Sequence record: KX009778
Length of the DNA: 64,000 bases
Origin: Escherichia phage UFV-AREG1
Direction: 5' to 3' (one strand)
The notes under the pieces were generated by a model. That model made no database searches, was not told the DNA's origin, and saw only the letters and a program-made list of their open reading frames with translations. A program made the translations under genes and the position numbers. Positions 20,110 to 32,634 of this stretch are shown piece after piece (positions within the stretch are counted from its first letter, which is position 1; each line of letters starts with the position of its first letter).

Positions 20110-21569
20110 AAACCAGTTACCTCATGAAAATCGCCAAATACATCTTCGAACGTATTAGCTTTAGTTTTATCTTCACGTAAACGAATTGCAATTGGAAGAA
20201 ATAGCTTAACGTAATCAGTACGTCCATCTAATTTTACCCAGCCGTTGCATTCGCACTCTAGAATTTTTCCAATATAATAATTTTGGTTTTCCATAATGCG
20301 AGTACGATCAAGTTCATGCGATTTTATACCGGCTTTATCTTTTAAGCCTGAACCAGCATTTACTTTAATTTTTCCACACTCTGATTCAAGAATGAAACCA
20401 CCTGCTTTAGTAGGGTCTTTACGGTGAGGATAAATTCCTACAATTTTTAAATCAACATCAATTACTTCTTTAAATTTATAAAGATTTTTTGAACGAGCAT
20501 TTTCCCATAATCCATCGATATTTTTGAGAATAATACCTTCAAGACCTTGGTCAATATACTTTTTGTAAATAACCTTAGCTTCATCTAGGTTATTTACTAC
20601 TTGGTTTTCAATTAAAATTACTTTATCATAGCCTGATGTCATTTGTTCTAGTTTAGAAAAACGTACATCATATTTTAAACGAAATGCTGGAAGACCATAT
20701 ATTTCTACTAATGGAACATAGTCCCAGACCTGAAACTTCATGCATTGTGCTTCTTTTTCAGAAATGGTTCCCTTTAAAGATTTATTAGCGATTCCATTAG
20801 AAGTAGTACGTGATTCAGCTACTTCGGCGAATTCTTTAGCTTTACTAATTTCAGGATAAGCATCAAAAAGAAAATCTAGGCCTTCTGGCTCCTTTTTAAC
20901 TTGCTCATGGTATACCAATTCGCCATCAATTAACACACCTTCTGGATGAATCTGGCGAGCTTCTGCAGTCATTTTGATTAACTCTTCTTTGAGAAGGTCT
21001 AATCCTAGATATTCATTACCAGCTCGTGATAAAAGACGAACATCATCTAATTCATCACCTCTGACTTCGGCAAAGCACCGAGCTCCATCAGCTTTTAATT
21101 GGGCAAAGGCTGGAAATTTGATATTCTTATTAATGCCTTTTTCATCATAAGAACTTGCCAGCATTTGAGGTTGTTCAGGAATTAAACCTGGCCAAACTTT
21201 GTTTGCAATAGATACTGATGCACCGCATTCAAGGTCTCGCATCATCACCCGACGCAAAACTTCAACATCATCTTTTTTACCGTCAGCAATATATCCAGTC
21301 AATTCCTCAATTGCCGCATTTCCAGTCAATTTCCGAGTAGCTAATGTGAATTCAATGAAGTCAAGCATATCGGTAAGAGTCAACATTCCAAAACTCTGGG
21401 TAGCAATACCAGGTTTAGGCCATTTCTTGATATAATACTGTAACCCACGAGAATAAGTTAGACGATATACTCGTTTAAGCAATTCATTATCTTTATTCTT
21501 TTCAAGAATTGCTTGCTTCTGCTTAGTTGAACCAATAGATGCTATTTCATTCAGAATTTTAAGAATCAT
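20106..21569 (-). CDS. 30: ATP-dependent DNA ligase gp30
   Basis: 487 aa; adenylation motif I KADGAR. Confidence 0.95.
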   Translation of the reverse strand: MILKILNEIASIGSTKQKQAILEKNKDNELLKRVYRLTYSRGLQYYIKKWPKPGIATQSFGMLTLTDMLDFIEFTLATRKLTGNAAIEELTGYIADGKKDDVEVLRRVMMRDLECGASVSIANKVWPGLIPEQPQMLASSYDEKGINKNIKFPAFAQLKADGARCFAEVRGDELDDVRLLSRAGNEYLGLDLLKEELIKMTAEARQIHPEGVLIDGELVYHEQVKKEPEGLDFLFDAYPEISKAKEFAEVAESRTTSNGIANKSLKGTISEKEAQCMKFQVWDYVPLVEIYGLPAFRLKYDVRFSKLEQMTSGYDKVILIENQVVNNLDEAKVIYKKYIDQGLEGIILKNIDGLWENARSKNLYKFKEVIDVDLKIVGIYPHRKDPTKAGGFILESECGKIKVNAGSGLKDKAGIKSHELDRTRIMENQNYYIGKILECECNGWVKLDGRTDYVKLFLPIAIRLREDKTKANTFEDVFGDFHEVTGL

Positions 21570-21835
21570 TGTTCATCCTTTAGAGTTTGGTTTACAGCTC
21601 TATTATAAATCAATTCATCATTAAGCTCAGTCAAAGACCTGTGGTACGTGGTTCTAACTTTATTTCCTTGCATCCAGTGCTTGACGTAAATGAAACCTTG
21701 CTCTACACATTTTTTAAAAATTCGTTCGTCTTTTTGAGCTCGGAATTCTGGATTGCATCTAAAAAATTGATTTACGTGACCGTAATCACGTGTAGTATTA
21801 CCTTCATTTTCATAAATAGTGTGAACGACAAACAT
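21566..21835 (-). CDS. Hypothetical protein, 30.1-like
   Basis: 89-aa ORF coupled to gene 30. Confidence 0.6.
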   Translation of the reverse strand: MFVVHTIYENEGNTTRDYGHVNQFFRCNPEFRAQKDERIFKKCVEQGFIYVKHWMQGNKVRTTYHRSLTELNDELIYNRAVNQTLKDEQ

Positions 21836-22671
21836 TAGAATGCTCCTTGGAAAATATTATCACCACTAGTAGGTCTATTATACAAATACTCTATGCCACC
21901 GGGTTTAATATAGTTCCATGTCTGAAACGGATGTGTATAATATGGATGATATGGATTATAAGGATTAAATCCAGGAGTTCTCCAGGTAGTATTCCAACGA
22001 AAAGAATCGTTTTTAATCATCTTTTCAATTACATCTTTTATAGCTTTTTCACTATCAAAACTTTCTTTATTTTCCTTCGATGGAAAAAGCTTATTCTCTA
22101 CATCATTCCATGTATAAACTCGCTGTGCAGTTTTTGGAATACTATCACGCTCCCCTCGAGCCATCCAATAAACAGGAACATTTAATATTTCACTCGCGTG
22201 ATCGCAGTGGTGAGCGAGATCGTCAATATAACAAATTACGTTATATTTCTCTTTTGCCTTTTTGAACAACTCTTCTTTTGAAGAATCATGACCACACATC
22301 AATACTTCTGAAAAGGCACCAGGAAAAAGAGCATTCAAATTAAATTGACGATTCAGCAGAGCGTCAATAGAATCACCCAATGCTGTAACAGCTACAAAAT
22401 TATAATCTTCTTTTAATTTGTTAATTACGCACAGAGCATCTTTATATGGAGACAAGTAACGAATAAAATCTGAACGATTGTATTTTTCAATTAACTTGAC
22501 GCCAAGTTCTTCATCACAATTAAAGAGTTTACCTGGAGAAATAAATTTCTCATCTTGGATCATTTTTAAAATATGTTCCAACGGAAGATTATATTTCTGA
22601 GCAAAATAAGGAAGACCTGATTGCCAGCTTAAACATACTCCATCAATATCAGTTAAAATAGTAGGCTTCAT
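21835..22671 (-). CDS. HAD-superfamily phosphatase-like protein, 30.2-like
   Basis: 278 aa; N-terminal DxDG motif LTDIDGV. Confidence 0.6.
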   Translation of the reverse strand: MKPTILTDIDGVCLSWQSGLPYFAQKYNLPLEHILKMIQDEKFISPGKLFNCDEELGVKLIEKYNRSDFIRYLSPYKDALCVINKLKEDYNFVAVTALGDSIDALLNRQFNLNALFPGAFSEVLMCGHDSSKEELFKKAKEKYNVICYIDDLAHHCDHASEILNVPVYWMARGERDSIPKTAQRVYTWNDVENKLFPSKENKESFDSEKAIKDVIEKMIKNDSFRWNTTWRTPGFNPYNPYHPYYTHPFQTWNYIKPGGIEYLYNRPTSGDNIFQGAF

Positions 22672-23132
22672 AAAGAGTCTCTTAATAAGTTTAACACATC
22701 AATAAATTCAGCTTCGGTTAGTATTGTATCATCTTTTGTTAGACCACTAGCCATGCTGTGCTTCAAAATTTTTCCTTTAGAGGCTTGTAAGGCATCACGA
22801 AACCCCTTGTTTTGGATCGCGGCTTCAAAATATGCATTTGTGTATAATTCTTTCCACGCCGGGGAGTATCTTGAAAACGGAACTCCAAGCCAAAAGAGGG
22901 TCCCACGGTCCTGAGCTCTAGCATAAGACCTTCCAGCTTGTTGGGCGGCAAGCCCGGATAACCCAAATATACGACGTTGTTGTTCAACATTTTTCACCTT
23001 ACACCCTTGGAGGAATCCTTCAAGACCTCCAAATTGAATACCATCCATAACGAAAGGCCATTGGGCGAAATTACTTAATGCACATGATGGCCATCTAAAA
23101 TTACTTCTAATCTCTAACTCAGACATTTTCAA
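22668..23132 (-). CDS. NADAR (YbiA-like) domain protein, 30.3-like
   Basis: 154 aa; conserved SNF element (CALSNFAQWPF) and overall YbiA-like composition. Confidence 0.6.
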   Translation of the reverse strand: MKMSELEIRSNFRWPSCALSNFAQWPFVMDGIQFGGLEGFLQGCKVKNVEQQRRIFGLSGLAAQQAGRSYARAQDRGTLFWLGVPFSRYSPAWKELYTNAYFEAAIQNKGFRDALQASKGKILKHSMASGLTKDDTILTEAEFIDVLNLLRDSL

Positions 23133-23325
23133 TGCTTATAATTTCAACATCAGCCCAATGACCATAGCAAGGAAGACGAAATTCAACTGGCCAGTTAGGG
23201 TCCTTTTCTAATATAATAGACTCAACTTGTGGTTCTTCATGTTCATCAGTATATGGATTTTTATATGTTACTTTATATGTGACCTTAATGTACTGAATTC
23301 CAAAAATCTTATTAATTATATTCAT
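23119..23325 (-). CDS. Hypothetical protein
   Basis: 68-aa ORF in 30.x operon. Confidence 0.45.
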   Translation of the reverse strand: MNIINKIFGIQYIKVTYKVTYKNPYTDEHEEPQVESIILEKDPNWPVEFRLPCYGHWADVEIISIENV

Positions 23326-23519
23326 ACTAATTCCTTTAATCCGTAGATAGGAGATAATTCATCACCCATACGAAGGTCTTCATTTCCATCTACCCAGGAA
23401 ACAATATAAGCCTCTTTTATTTGAATACCACTCCATTTAAATGGAGGTAGAACCTTAGAAATTAATCCAGGTATACCAACTCCCTTTAATTCAACAGTTT
23501 GACCTAAAAAGAATTTCAT
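23322..23519 (-). CDS. Hypothetical protein
   Basis: 65-aa ORF in 30.x operon. Confidence 0.45.
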   Translation of the reverse strand: MKFFLGQTVELKGVGIPGLISKVLPPFKWSGIQIKEAYIVSWVDGNEDLRMGDELSPIYGLKELV

Positions 23520-23806
23520 TAGAACCTCATCTGAAAACCATGCGATTTAACATTACCACCACCAATGTCAGAAATATTAATTTCACGCGCAATTGAAGGG
23601 TCAATGTCAATTTCGCGATTGAGTTTAGTGATAGCTAAAGTATCACGCCCATTTACTGTACGGAATTCTAAAGGACAAACCACATCAACGTAATTTTTAA
23701 TCGATTCACTAGTAGGCTGCAAATGAGCAGGAAGGTCTTTAGGCGCCTTTGAGAAAACAACTTCACAGAAATTTTTGCGGGTATCAAAATAAGTAGTCAT
23801 AAACAT
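23519..23806 (-). CDS. Hypothetical protein
   Basis: 95-aa ORF in 30.x operon. Confidence 0.5.
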   Translation of the reverse strand: MFMTTYFDTRKNFCEVVFSKAPKDLPAHLQPTSESIKNYVDVVCPLEFRTVNGRDTLAITKLNREIDIDPSIAREINISDIGGGNVKSHGFQMRF

Positions 23807-23847
23807 AATATTTTCCTCAGTAAGGGGCCGAAGCCCCTCATTTTATT

Positions 23848-24213
23848 TTAAATATCAAATTCGTTAAGAACTACATCAAAGATTGCTTCAAGATGCTCAG
23901 GTTTAGCTCTGTTACTCAGAATATGACGAATCCAAGTTTTAACTAGAAGCTTGCGATTAGCACCATTCCAGCAAGGATGAGTCCCTAAATCGCGTTGACG
24001 GAAATCATCATCTAATGCGATTTTGAAGTTGGAACCTTCCATCGTGATGGAAACTGTAATACCATTTTCAAATCGCATATAAACGTAGTTAGGAGTCATA
24101 TACTGTTCAATTTCGCATACTGATCCATTTTGATGTTTCCAAAGGCAGATGGTATCAATAGAACCTGCAATACCATTAGAAACATATTTACGTTCAAAGT
24201 TGATGTAGTTCAT
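23848..24213 (-). CDS. Hypothetical protein
   Basis: 121-aa ORF. Confidence 0.5.
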   Translation of the reverse strand: MNYINFERKYVSNGIAGSIDTICLWKHQNGSVCEIEQYMTPNYVYMRFENGITVSITMEGSNFKIALDDDFRQRDLGTHPCWNGANRKLLVKTWIRHILSNRAKPEHLEAIFDVVLNEFDI

Positions 24214-24281
24214 TTTTATTCTCCGAGATGTTTAATTGCGGTACAGGTATATAATATCATATCCTGTACCAAAGTAAACAA

Positions 24282-24614
24282 TTATTTTACTACTTTCCAA
24301 TGCTTCATGTCAAGTTTACCAACTTTTTTCATCTTCTCAATTAAGCGTTCGGCACGTTGGCGAGCTGTAACATAATGCCATTCGCCTAATTCATTTTGTT
24401 CAATTTTTCCAACGATTACTGTATTCAATTCATAAATCCAACCAGTAAAGAAATTATGAACTTGAATTGTAAAGGTGAAATCTGTTCCCATACCTTCTGT
24501 TGTTTCTACTTCAATAATATCACCTTCAACTGCCATTAAGAACCACATAGTTTCATCATATTTACCATTGAAGCATTTAGTTTTAACTGTAGCGTTCAGA
24601 TTAATCGTTTTCAT
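24282..24614 (-). CDS. Hypothetical protein, 30.8-like
   Basis: 110-aa ORF with early promoter and RBS aaggag. Confidence 0.55.
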   Translation of the reverse strand: MKTINLNATVKTKCFNGKYDETMWFLMAVEGDIIEVETTEGMGTDFTFTIQVHNFFTGWIYELNTVIVGKIEQNELGEWHYVTARQRAERLIEKMKKVGKLDMKHWKVVK

Positions 24615-24641
24615 TTTATTCTCCTTTGTTTGTGTAAGATA

Positions 24642-24671
24642 ATACTATCACAAAGGAACTATACTGTAAAC
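24642..24671 (-). promoter_or_regulatory. Early promoter (GTTTACA-17-TAGTAT)
   Basis: Minus-strand -35/-10 with 17-bp spacer upstream of ORF 24282..24614. Confidence 0.5.
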
Positions 24672-24690
24672 AACTTTATGCAATCTTTGG

Positions 24691-24720
24691 AAAATAAAAA
24701 AGGACTCCCGAAGGAGTCCT
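24691..24720 (-). terminator. Rho-independent terminator after 30.9-like ORF
   Basis: Hairpin ggactcc-cgaa-ggagtcc followed by T-run on minus strand. Confidence 0.6.
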
Positions 24721-24724
24721 CAAC

Positions 24725-24943
24725 TTATGCTTTCTGCTTACCAAAACGAGAAGCATCATCTCGAAGAACCGCACGTGCTCGGCGCATGATCTTCTCAACA
24801 GTTTGATTGATACGAGAGTTCGACCCACGCTTGTAGCCAGCGCGTTTAGAATCACCAACTTTCTTTTCAACTGCTTTCTTTGCTTTAACTTGTTTTGCCA
24901 TTATAAATTCTCTTTTAAATGAAAATGCAGGACTTATTGGCAT
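24725..24943 (-). CDS. Small basic protein, 30.9-like
   Basis: 72 aa, Lys/Arg-rich. Confidence 0.55.
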   Translation of the reverse strand: MPISPAFSFKREFIMAKQVKAKKAVEKKVGDSKRAGYKRGSNSRINQTVEKIMRRARAVLRDDASRFGKQKA

Positions 24944-25146
24944 TGCCTGCGCAAGCCCTCAAGGGGAACATAGGTTTTTGGGTATTTAACGACCAGGATA
25001 ACCATAAACCCGTCATCATTCACATTCAAGAGGTACACCATAAAACTGCCGGGGTCTTAAAACTATAATGATTCGCAAATCATTAATCAGACAGTTCGAT
25101 GGCTCCTCGATTTTAGCTCACACTAAGGCAGTGAATCTCCAATAAA

Positions 25147-25395
25147 TTACTTCAATGTTACCACAAAGTGACGAACTGCTTTTCGTGCAGCAGAAGCCAG
25201 AGGCTTAGCATACTTAAGTTCATCTTTTTCCTGAAGCTCAGCGGCTAATGCAGTTTGAGCAGGATTCAGATGTTTGAAATAACGCAAGATTTCAAGAGCT
25301 TCGGCTTCAACATCAATAGATGCGCCATAGTTTTCGTGACCATTATTCCATGCGTTTCGTTGCAGTTCAAGAGCGTGTTGTAATTGTTTAATCAT
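25147..25395 (-). CDS. rIII: Lysis inhibition accessory protein rIII
   Basis: 82 aa; T4 RIII length; synteny before gene 31. Confidence 0.85.
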   Translation of the reverse strand: MIKQLQHALELQRNAWNNGHENYGASIDVEAEALEILRYFKHLNPAQTALAAELQEKDELKYAKPLASAARKAVRHFVVTLK

Positions 25396-25542
25396 TTAAA
25401 AATTCTCGTTAGAGATTAAAACCCGGTAGTCACGTTCTTCTGAATTTCATCTTCTTTCGACAGATCTCTCAGTTGTAGACTACCACATAGAATTGTTCGG
25501 TTAACTTATTATTCCGACACCCAATTCATATTATTATTTATA

Positions 25543-25878
25543 TCACTTATAAAGACACGGAATAGCTTTATAGTGACAGGTAACAAATTTTTGTTTAATT
25601 TCCTTTGGCTGCTTAAGACCCAGAGCTACAAAAGGATGCGGAACGTTTCGAATTTGACCAACTGGAAGAGAAGTCAAATCACCAACTTCGCAGAAACCTT
25701 CAGGAACATCAGGACCAACAGAGTGAACTACACACAGTTCAGGAACTTCACCTTGGACACGTTTACCAATAATAAGTCCTGATTCTGTAACTTCTTCATC
25801 ACCGGCTTGCGCAGGTTCAGAAACTAAAATAACATATTCACCGACAGCACGAATTGGTAGCTGTTGTACTTCAGACAT
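25543..25878 (-). CDS. 31: Co-chaperonin gp31 (GroES analogue)
   Basis: 111 aa; T4 gp31 length and sequence. Confidence 0.9.
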
Positions 25879-25934
25879 CGTTTTTCCTTTTTGTTAACAG
25901 ATGAATTAATAATAACAAATAATTCTTAAAGCAT

Positions 25935-26243
25935 TTATTTACCAATAAATTGAAGCAAATGCTCAACTTTCATACCATTAACGGAAATCAATTTGTCAAT
26001 AGAAAAACCTCGCCATGCACCAAGCTCAACATCAAATACTGGAATCATGTCAGTAGATTCTTTCCGAGTAGATTCAGTCAATTTACCAGTTTGCATGGTT
26101 GGCATAAAGTCTGCATCACGAGTACCTTTCATAGTACGAATAGTACCATCAGACTTTTCAAAAACTACGTTTGAAATACCCATGGACAATTTAGTTTTCA
26201 AAATTTCACGAATTGCTACTTTCTGTTCAGTTGTCAGTTTCAT
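25935..26243 (-). CDS. Hypothetical protein, 31.1-like
   Basis: 102-aa ORF. Confidence 0.55.
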   Translation of the reverse strand: MKLTTEQKVAIREILKTKLSMGISNVVFEKSDGTIRTMKGTRDADFMPTMQTGKLTESTRKESTDMIPVFDVELGAWRGFSIDKLISVNGMKVEHLLQFIGK

Positions 26244-26480
26244 TTATTTACCTATTACAGTTTTAATATGAGTTGTTCCACGTTCTTTAAGAGTGGAAAG
26301 CAACTTTTGGCATTTTTCTAAATCAGATTTCCAACTATACGGCCTATCAATACAAACCCATTCTGACTTATAGTACTGTTTCCATTTAGAGAAAAAATAT
26401 TTCTTATACTCTACAGCAAATGAAATGTTCTCGTTAGAATAAGAACTAATTGCTGTGAGCTGTACCAAACGAAATTTCAT
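26244..26480 (-). CDS. Hypothetical protein, 31.2-like
   Basis: 78-aa ORF. Confidence 0.5.
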   Translation of the reverse strand: MKFRLVQLTAISSYSNENISFAVEYKKYFFSKWKQYYKSEWVCIDRPYSWKSDLEKCQKLLSTLKERGTTHIKTVIGK

Positions 26481-27061
26481 TATTCACCACAGAATTCGTT
26501 GATATTTTCCCAATTTAACTTATTCAAGTTTTTCTTAGGAACATTAAACACTTCAATACCCGCATTTCGCAGAATATCATCCCAGCCAGGTTTATTTTTA
26601 TCGTATGTTTCGCAATAAACCAACTTTTTAATTCCAGATTGAGCTATCGCTTTTGCACAATCTGGGCAAGGAGAAAGTGTTACATACATAGTAGCGCCTT
26701 CAATAGAAGAACCATTTCGCGCAGCAAACAAAATTGCATTTAGTTCAGCATGAATTTCATTTTTAGATGACCATTTCGAGTGGGCGCTGCGGTGTTCTTT
26801 CGCCAAGACAAAACGATCAGTTGAACCAAATGATACACATTCAGGCTTATGGCCTTGGATGATAGTATGTTTAGGTTTATTCAGCAACCAACCTTGCTCA
26901 GCGGCATAATCACAACAGTTCACACCACCAGCAGGTGAACCGTTATATCCGGTAGAAATAATACGTCCATTCTTTTCAATTACTGCTCCTACCTTCCAGG
27001 AGCAACATTTTGATTCTTGTGATACTAAATATGCAATTTGAAGTACTGTACTCGCTTTCAT
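26480..27061 (-). CDS. cd: dCMP deaminase
   Basis: 193 aa; zinc-binding HAE (HAELNAI) and PCxxC (PCPDCAKAI) motifs. Confidence 0.92.
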   Translation of the reverse strand: MKASTVLQIAYLVSQESKCCSWKVGAVIEKNGRIISTGYNGSPAGGVNCCDYAAEQGWLLNKPKHTIIQGHKPECVSFGSTDRFVLAKEHRSAHSKWSSKNEIHAELNAILFAARNGSSIEGATMYVTLSPCPDCAKAIAQSGIKKLVYCETYDKNKPGWDDILRNAGIEVFNVPKKNLNKLNWENINEFCGE

Positions 27062-27396
27062 TTCATAATCACCAGATAAGCAGATTTAGCAGTTTCAACA
27101 CGATAAATTTCGTGACGAAGTTTAGTTATACTTTTAATAACAGAACTAATTATATTCTGCCCATCTTTAAAGCGGTTTTTCTTATCAATAAAAATTGCAC
27201 CAGCCATCTTTTTGTGAAGCTCAACCGGGTACTTCGTCACAATAATAGCATCATACACAGAAGGATGAATACTATTCACTAGAGTATCGTTCATTAAAGT
27301 TATTCTAATGAACTGTGCTGTTTCAGAATCAAGCGCTCTATGATCGCCAGTATCATTTTCAAGACAATTATCAATTATATCAGTTAAATTCATCAT
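27058..27396 (-). CDS. Hypothetical protein, cd.1-like
   Basis: 112-aa ORF coupled to cd. Confidence 0.5.
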   Translation of the reverse strand: MMNLTDIIDNCLENDTGDHRALDSETAQFIRITLMNDTLVNSIHPSVYDAIIVTKYPVELHKKMAGAIFIDKKNRFKDGQNIISSVIKSITKLRHEIYRVETAKSAYLVIMK

Positions 27397-27632
27397 AGTA
27401 CGCCATACACCCTTTGTGCTTCAACTAATCCATCAAAATCCAGTTTAAGATGCGATATTTGGTCACCATCACCTGGATTCACAATTACTAATACTGAACG
27501 AGGAGTTTCGGTAATAACACGAACCGATGTTTCAGGAAATCGTTCAGAAACCTTATTTACCAATTCCTGAGCAAATAGTTTAACTTTTTCTTGGAATTCT
27601 TTAACAGTAATTGGTTTTTCACTTAGCAGCAT
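27393..27632 (-). CDS. Hypothetical protein
   Basis: 79-aa ORF. Confidence 0.5.
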   Translation of the reverse strand: MLLSEKPITVKEFQEKVKLFAQELVNKVSERFPETSVRVITETPRSVLVIVNPGDGDQISHLKLDFDGLVEAQRVYGVL

Positions 27633-27693
27633 TTTGTTTTCCTCATTTGTTTGGTAGAGCTATAATATCACAACTCTACCGTAAAGTAAACTA

Positions 27694-27975
27694 TTAAATT
27701 GCTTTGAATTCTGCTGTCTGCGATTCAAAACGAATATCGCCTTTGATGACTAGCTCAGCATCAAGACCAAATACGACAATGATATGCGCGGAACCCGGAT
27801 ACAGCGTAATTGCAATAGAATCCACCTGGTCTGGAAGCAAAGTATTCAATACATGAGTCACTTGAGCATGAATTCGAAGCTCGGCTGCGTTATCAAGCTT
27901 TTCAAACATATTATTAGCGATAATTTGACTAAACACTACTTCTACGATTTTAGAATAAGTCGGAAACATATTCAC
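27694..27975 (-). CDS. Hypothetical protein
   Basis: 93-aa ORF. Confidence 0.5.
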   Translation of the reverse strand: MNMFPTYSKIVEVVFSQIIANNMFEKLDNAAELRIHAQVTHVLNTLLPDQVDSIAITLYPGSAHIIVVFGLDAELVIKGDIRFESQTAEFKAI

Positions 27976-28164
27976 CTCACATAATTTTCTTCAAGCCAAT
28001 TAATAACATCCAACGCATTATCAAAAGTTGAACCATCTACTATTTCTTCTGTTTCATAATCAAGAATATCTAAGTCTACTCTTCCATCAACAATAGGCCA
28101 TAAACAAAATAGATATTTCTTTTCTTTTTCAATTTTATCACAAAGTTGATAAATCTTTTCTATG

Positions 28165-28172
<8 letters not shown>
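27972..28172 (-). CDS. Hypothetical protein
   Basis: 66-aa ORF. Confidence 0.45.
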
Positions 28173-29587
<1,415 letters not shown>

Positions 29588-29821
29588 TTATTTTTTCTCA
29601 ACCAATGATTGAATATAATCATGCAGGTCTTTAGATGCTTTACCCCATTTATTTTGATATTCATTTTTAAGATTAGCCCGAGATTGAGCTAATAAAACAT
29701 CATTAGTTGGAGGTAAAGATTCTAATCGTTGAATCTGGCGACCATAAATCATTGCAGCCATCTCGGATTCATAAATCAATCCTTTGAGATGTTCAAATTG
29801 ATGCCAAGAAATCATTTGCAT
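29588..29821 (-). CDS. Hypothetical protein
   Basis: 77-aa ORF. Confidence 0.45.
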   Translation of the reverse strand: MQMISWHQFEHLKGLIYESEMAAMIYGRQIQRLESLPPTNDVLLAQSRANLKNEYQNKWGKASKDLHDYIQSLVEKK

Positions 29822-30111
29822 TTATCCTCTTTTAACTCTTGACGATAATAACATATCATAGTTTTCTGGTCATGTACATATCGTTTTACATCATTAAGCC
29901 AAATACGAAATTCCTGGGAATCTTCAAATGGCATACCAACCCAAGCTTTACCATCAATAACTTTAACTTGCCAAGATAGTTTAGCTTGGTCATATGACTT
30001 TATTTGTACAGGCCAATTAGGATGAACTGTTTCTTTCTTTACTTCTAGAGGCTTTGTAGAACAACCAACTAGAAGACCAATAGATAATATTACTGCGGAT
30101 AGTTTAATCAT
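29812..30111 (-). CDS. Outer-membrane spanin lipoprotein (o-spanin, pseT.2-like)
   Basis: 99 aa; signal peptide with lipobox LLVGC; start overlaps i-spanin stop. Confidence 0.7.
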   Translation of the reverse strand: MIKLSAVILSIGLLVGCSTKPLEVKKETVHPNWPVQIKSYDQAKLSWQVKVIDGKAWVGMPFEDSQEFRIWLNDVKRYVHDQKTMICYYRQELKEDKCK

Positions 30112-30461
30112 TTAGAAAGATCCTGGATGTCTTCTGCGAACTTGCTAAAGGAACTGTTGATTTGTTTTTCAACCAATCCTGGCTTACTAGCCACCACATC
30201 CGCCTTCTTTGCGTCTTTGCGCAGCTTTTCATTTTCACGCTCAATAGCAGCAATTGCCTCACGATTTTTATTATTCATTGCATCAATATAATTATATTGA
30301 TTTTTTAAATCATTTAATGCTAAAGCGTTTTCATTGGCCGTTTTTGTAATTTCTACAACAGACGTCTCTAATCTTTCAATTTTATTTTTTAAAATTAAAG
30401 AAGTTCCGCCTAATGCAATTACAATTAATAGCAAACCTGCTGTCGTATTACTTAATTGCAT
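30108..30461 (-). CDS. Inner-membrane spanin (i-spanin, pseT.3-like)
   Basis: 117 aa; N-terminal TM helix then coiled-coil. Confidence 0.7.
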   Translation of the reverse strand: MQLSNTTAGLLLIVIALGGTSLILKNKIERLETSVVEITKTANENALALNDLKNQYNYIDAMNNKNREAIAAIERENEKLRKDAKKADVVASKPGLVEKQINSSFSKFAEDIQDLSK

Positions 30462-30955
30462 AAAGTTTTAATAACCTCTATAATATCGTCTTGAGAAAGA
30501 CCGTTAATTAAAATATGATGTTCAGCTGGAGATTTAGAAATTTTAAAGCATGCCGCAACATCTTCTGCCATATCTGATGCACTACGATTTGGATTACTAA
30601 TTCCAAGACGATGTTTTCCTGTCAAAGGATTAACGATGATATAGCATTTGCAGCTATTGATATGAACATTAGGCTGAGTCTGATTAATGAATACTTCACA
30701 ATCATACTTAGCGAGTTGATTTTCTAAAAAGACTTTCATCTCCTCAACCGCATCAGGAAGCATATCACGGGCTTGCTCAAGACGACGATTTCGATATTCT
30801 TTAACGGTCGTTTTCCGCTTGACTTGCTTAGCTAAATCTTTCTTAAGATCGGTGATATATCCAACTCGACGATTTCCTTTGAATACAGAAATCCCATCTG
30901 TAGTATCACCGTATGCTTCAACGACCATTTCAGTAGTAATAAGCTGCAAATCCAT
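30452..30955 (-). CDS. alc: Alc, inhibitor of host transcription on dC-DNA
   Basis: 167 aa from MDLQLITTEM; T4 Alc length. Confidence 0.85.
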   Translation of the reverse strand: MDLQLITTEMVVEAYGDTTDGISVFKGNRRVGYITDLKKDLAKQVKRKTTVKEYRNRRLEQARDMLPDAVEEMKVFLENQLAKYDCEVFINQTQPNVHINSCKCYIIVNPLTGKHRLGISNPNRSASDMAEDVAACFKISKSPAEHHILINGLSQDDIIEVIKTLCN

Positions 30956-30986
30956 CATAAAGTCCTCATGTTATGTCAGTAAGTCT

Positions 30987-31016
30987 ACTGTAACACAACA
31001 CGAGAGACTTGTAAAC
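30987..31016 (-). promoter_or_regulatory. Early promoter upstream of alc (GTTTACA-17-TACAGT)
   Basis: Minus-strand -35/-10 with 17-bp spacer. Confidence 0.5.
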
Positions 31017-31019
31017 AGC

Positions 31020-32607
<1,588 letters not shown>

Positions 32608-32634
32608 AATAAAATGGGCCTTGCGGCCCACTCC

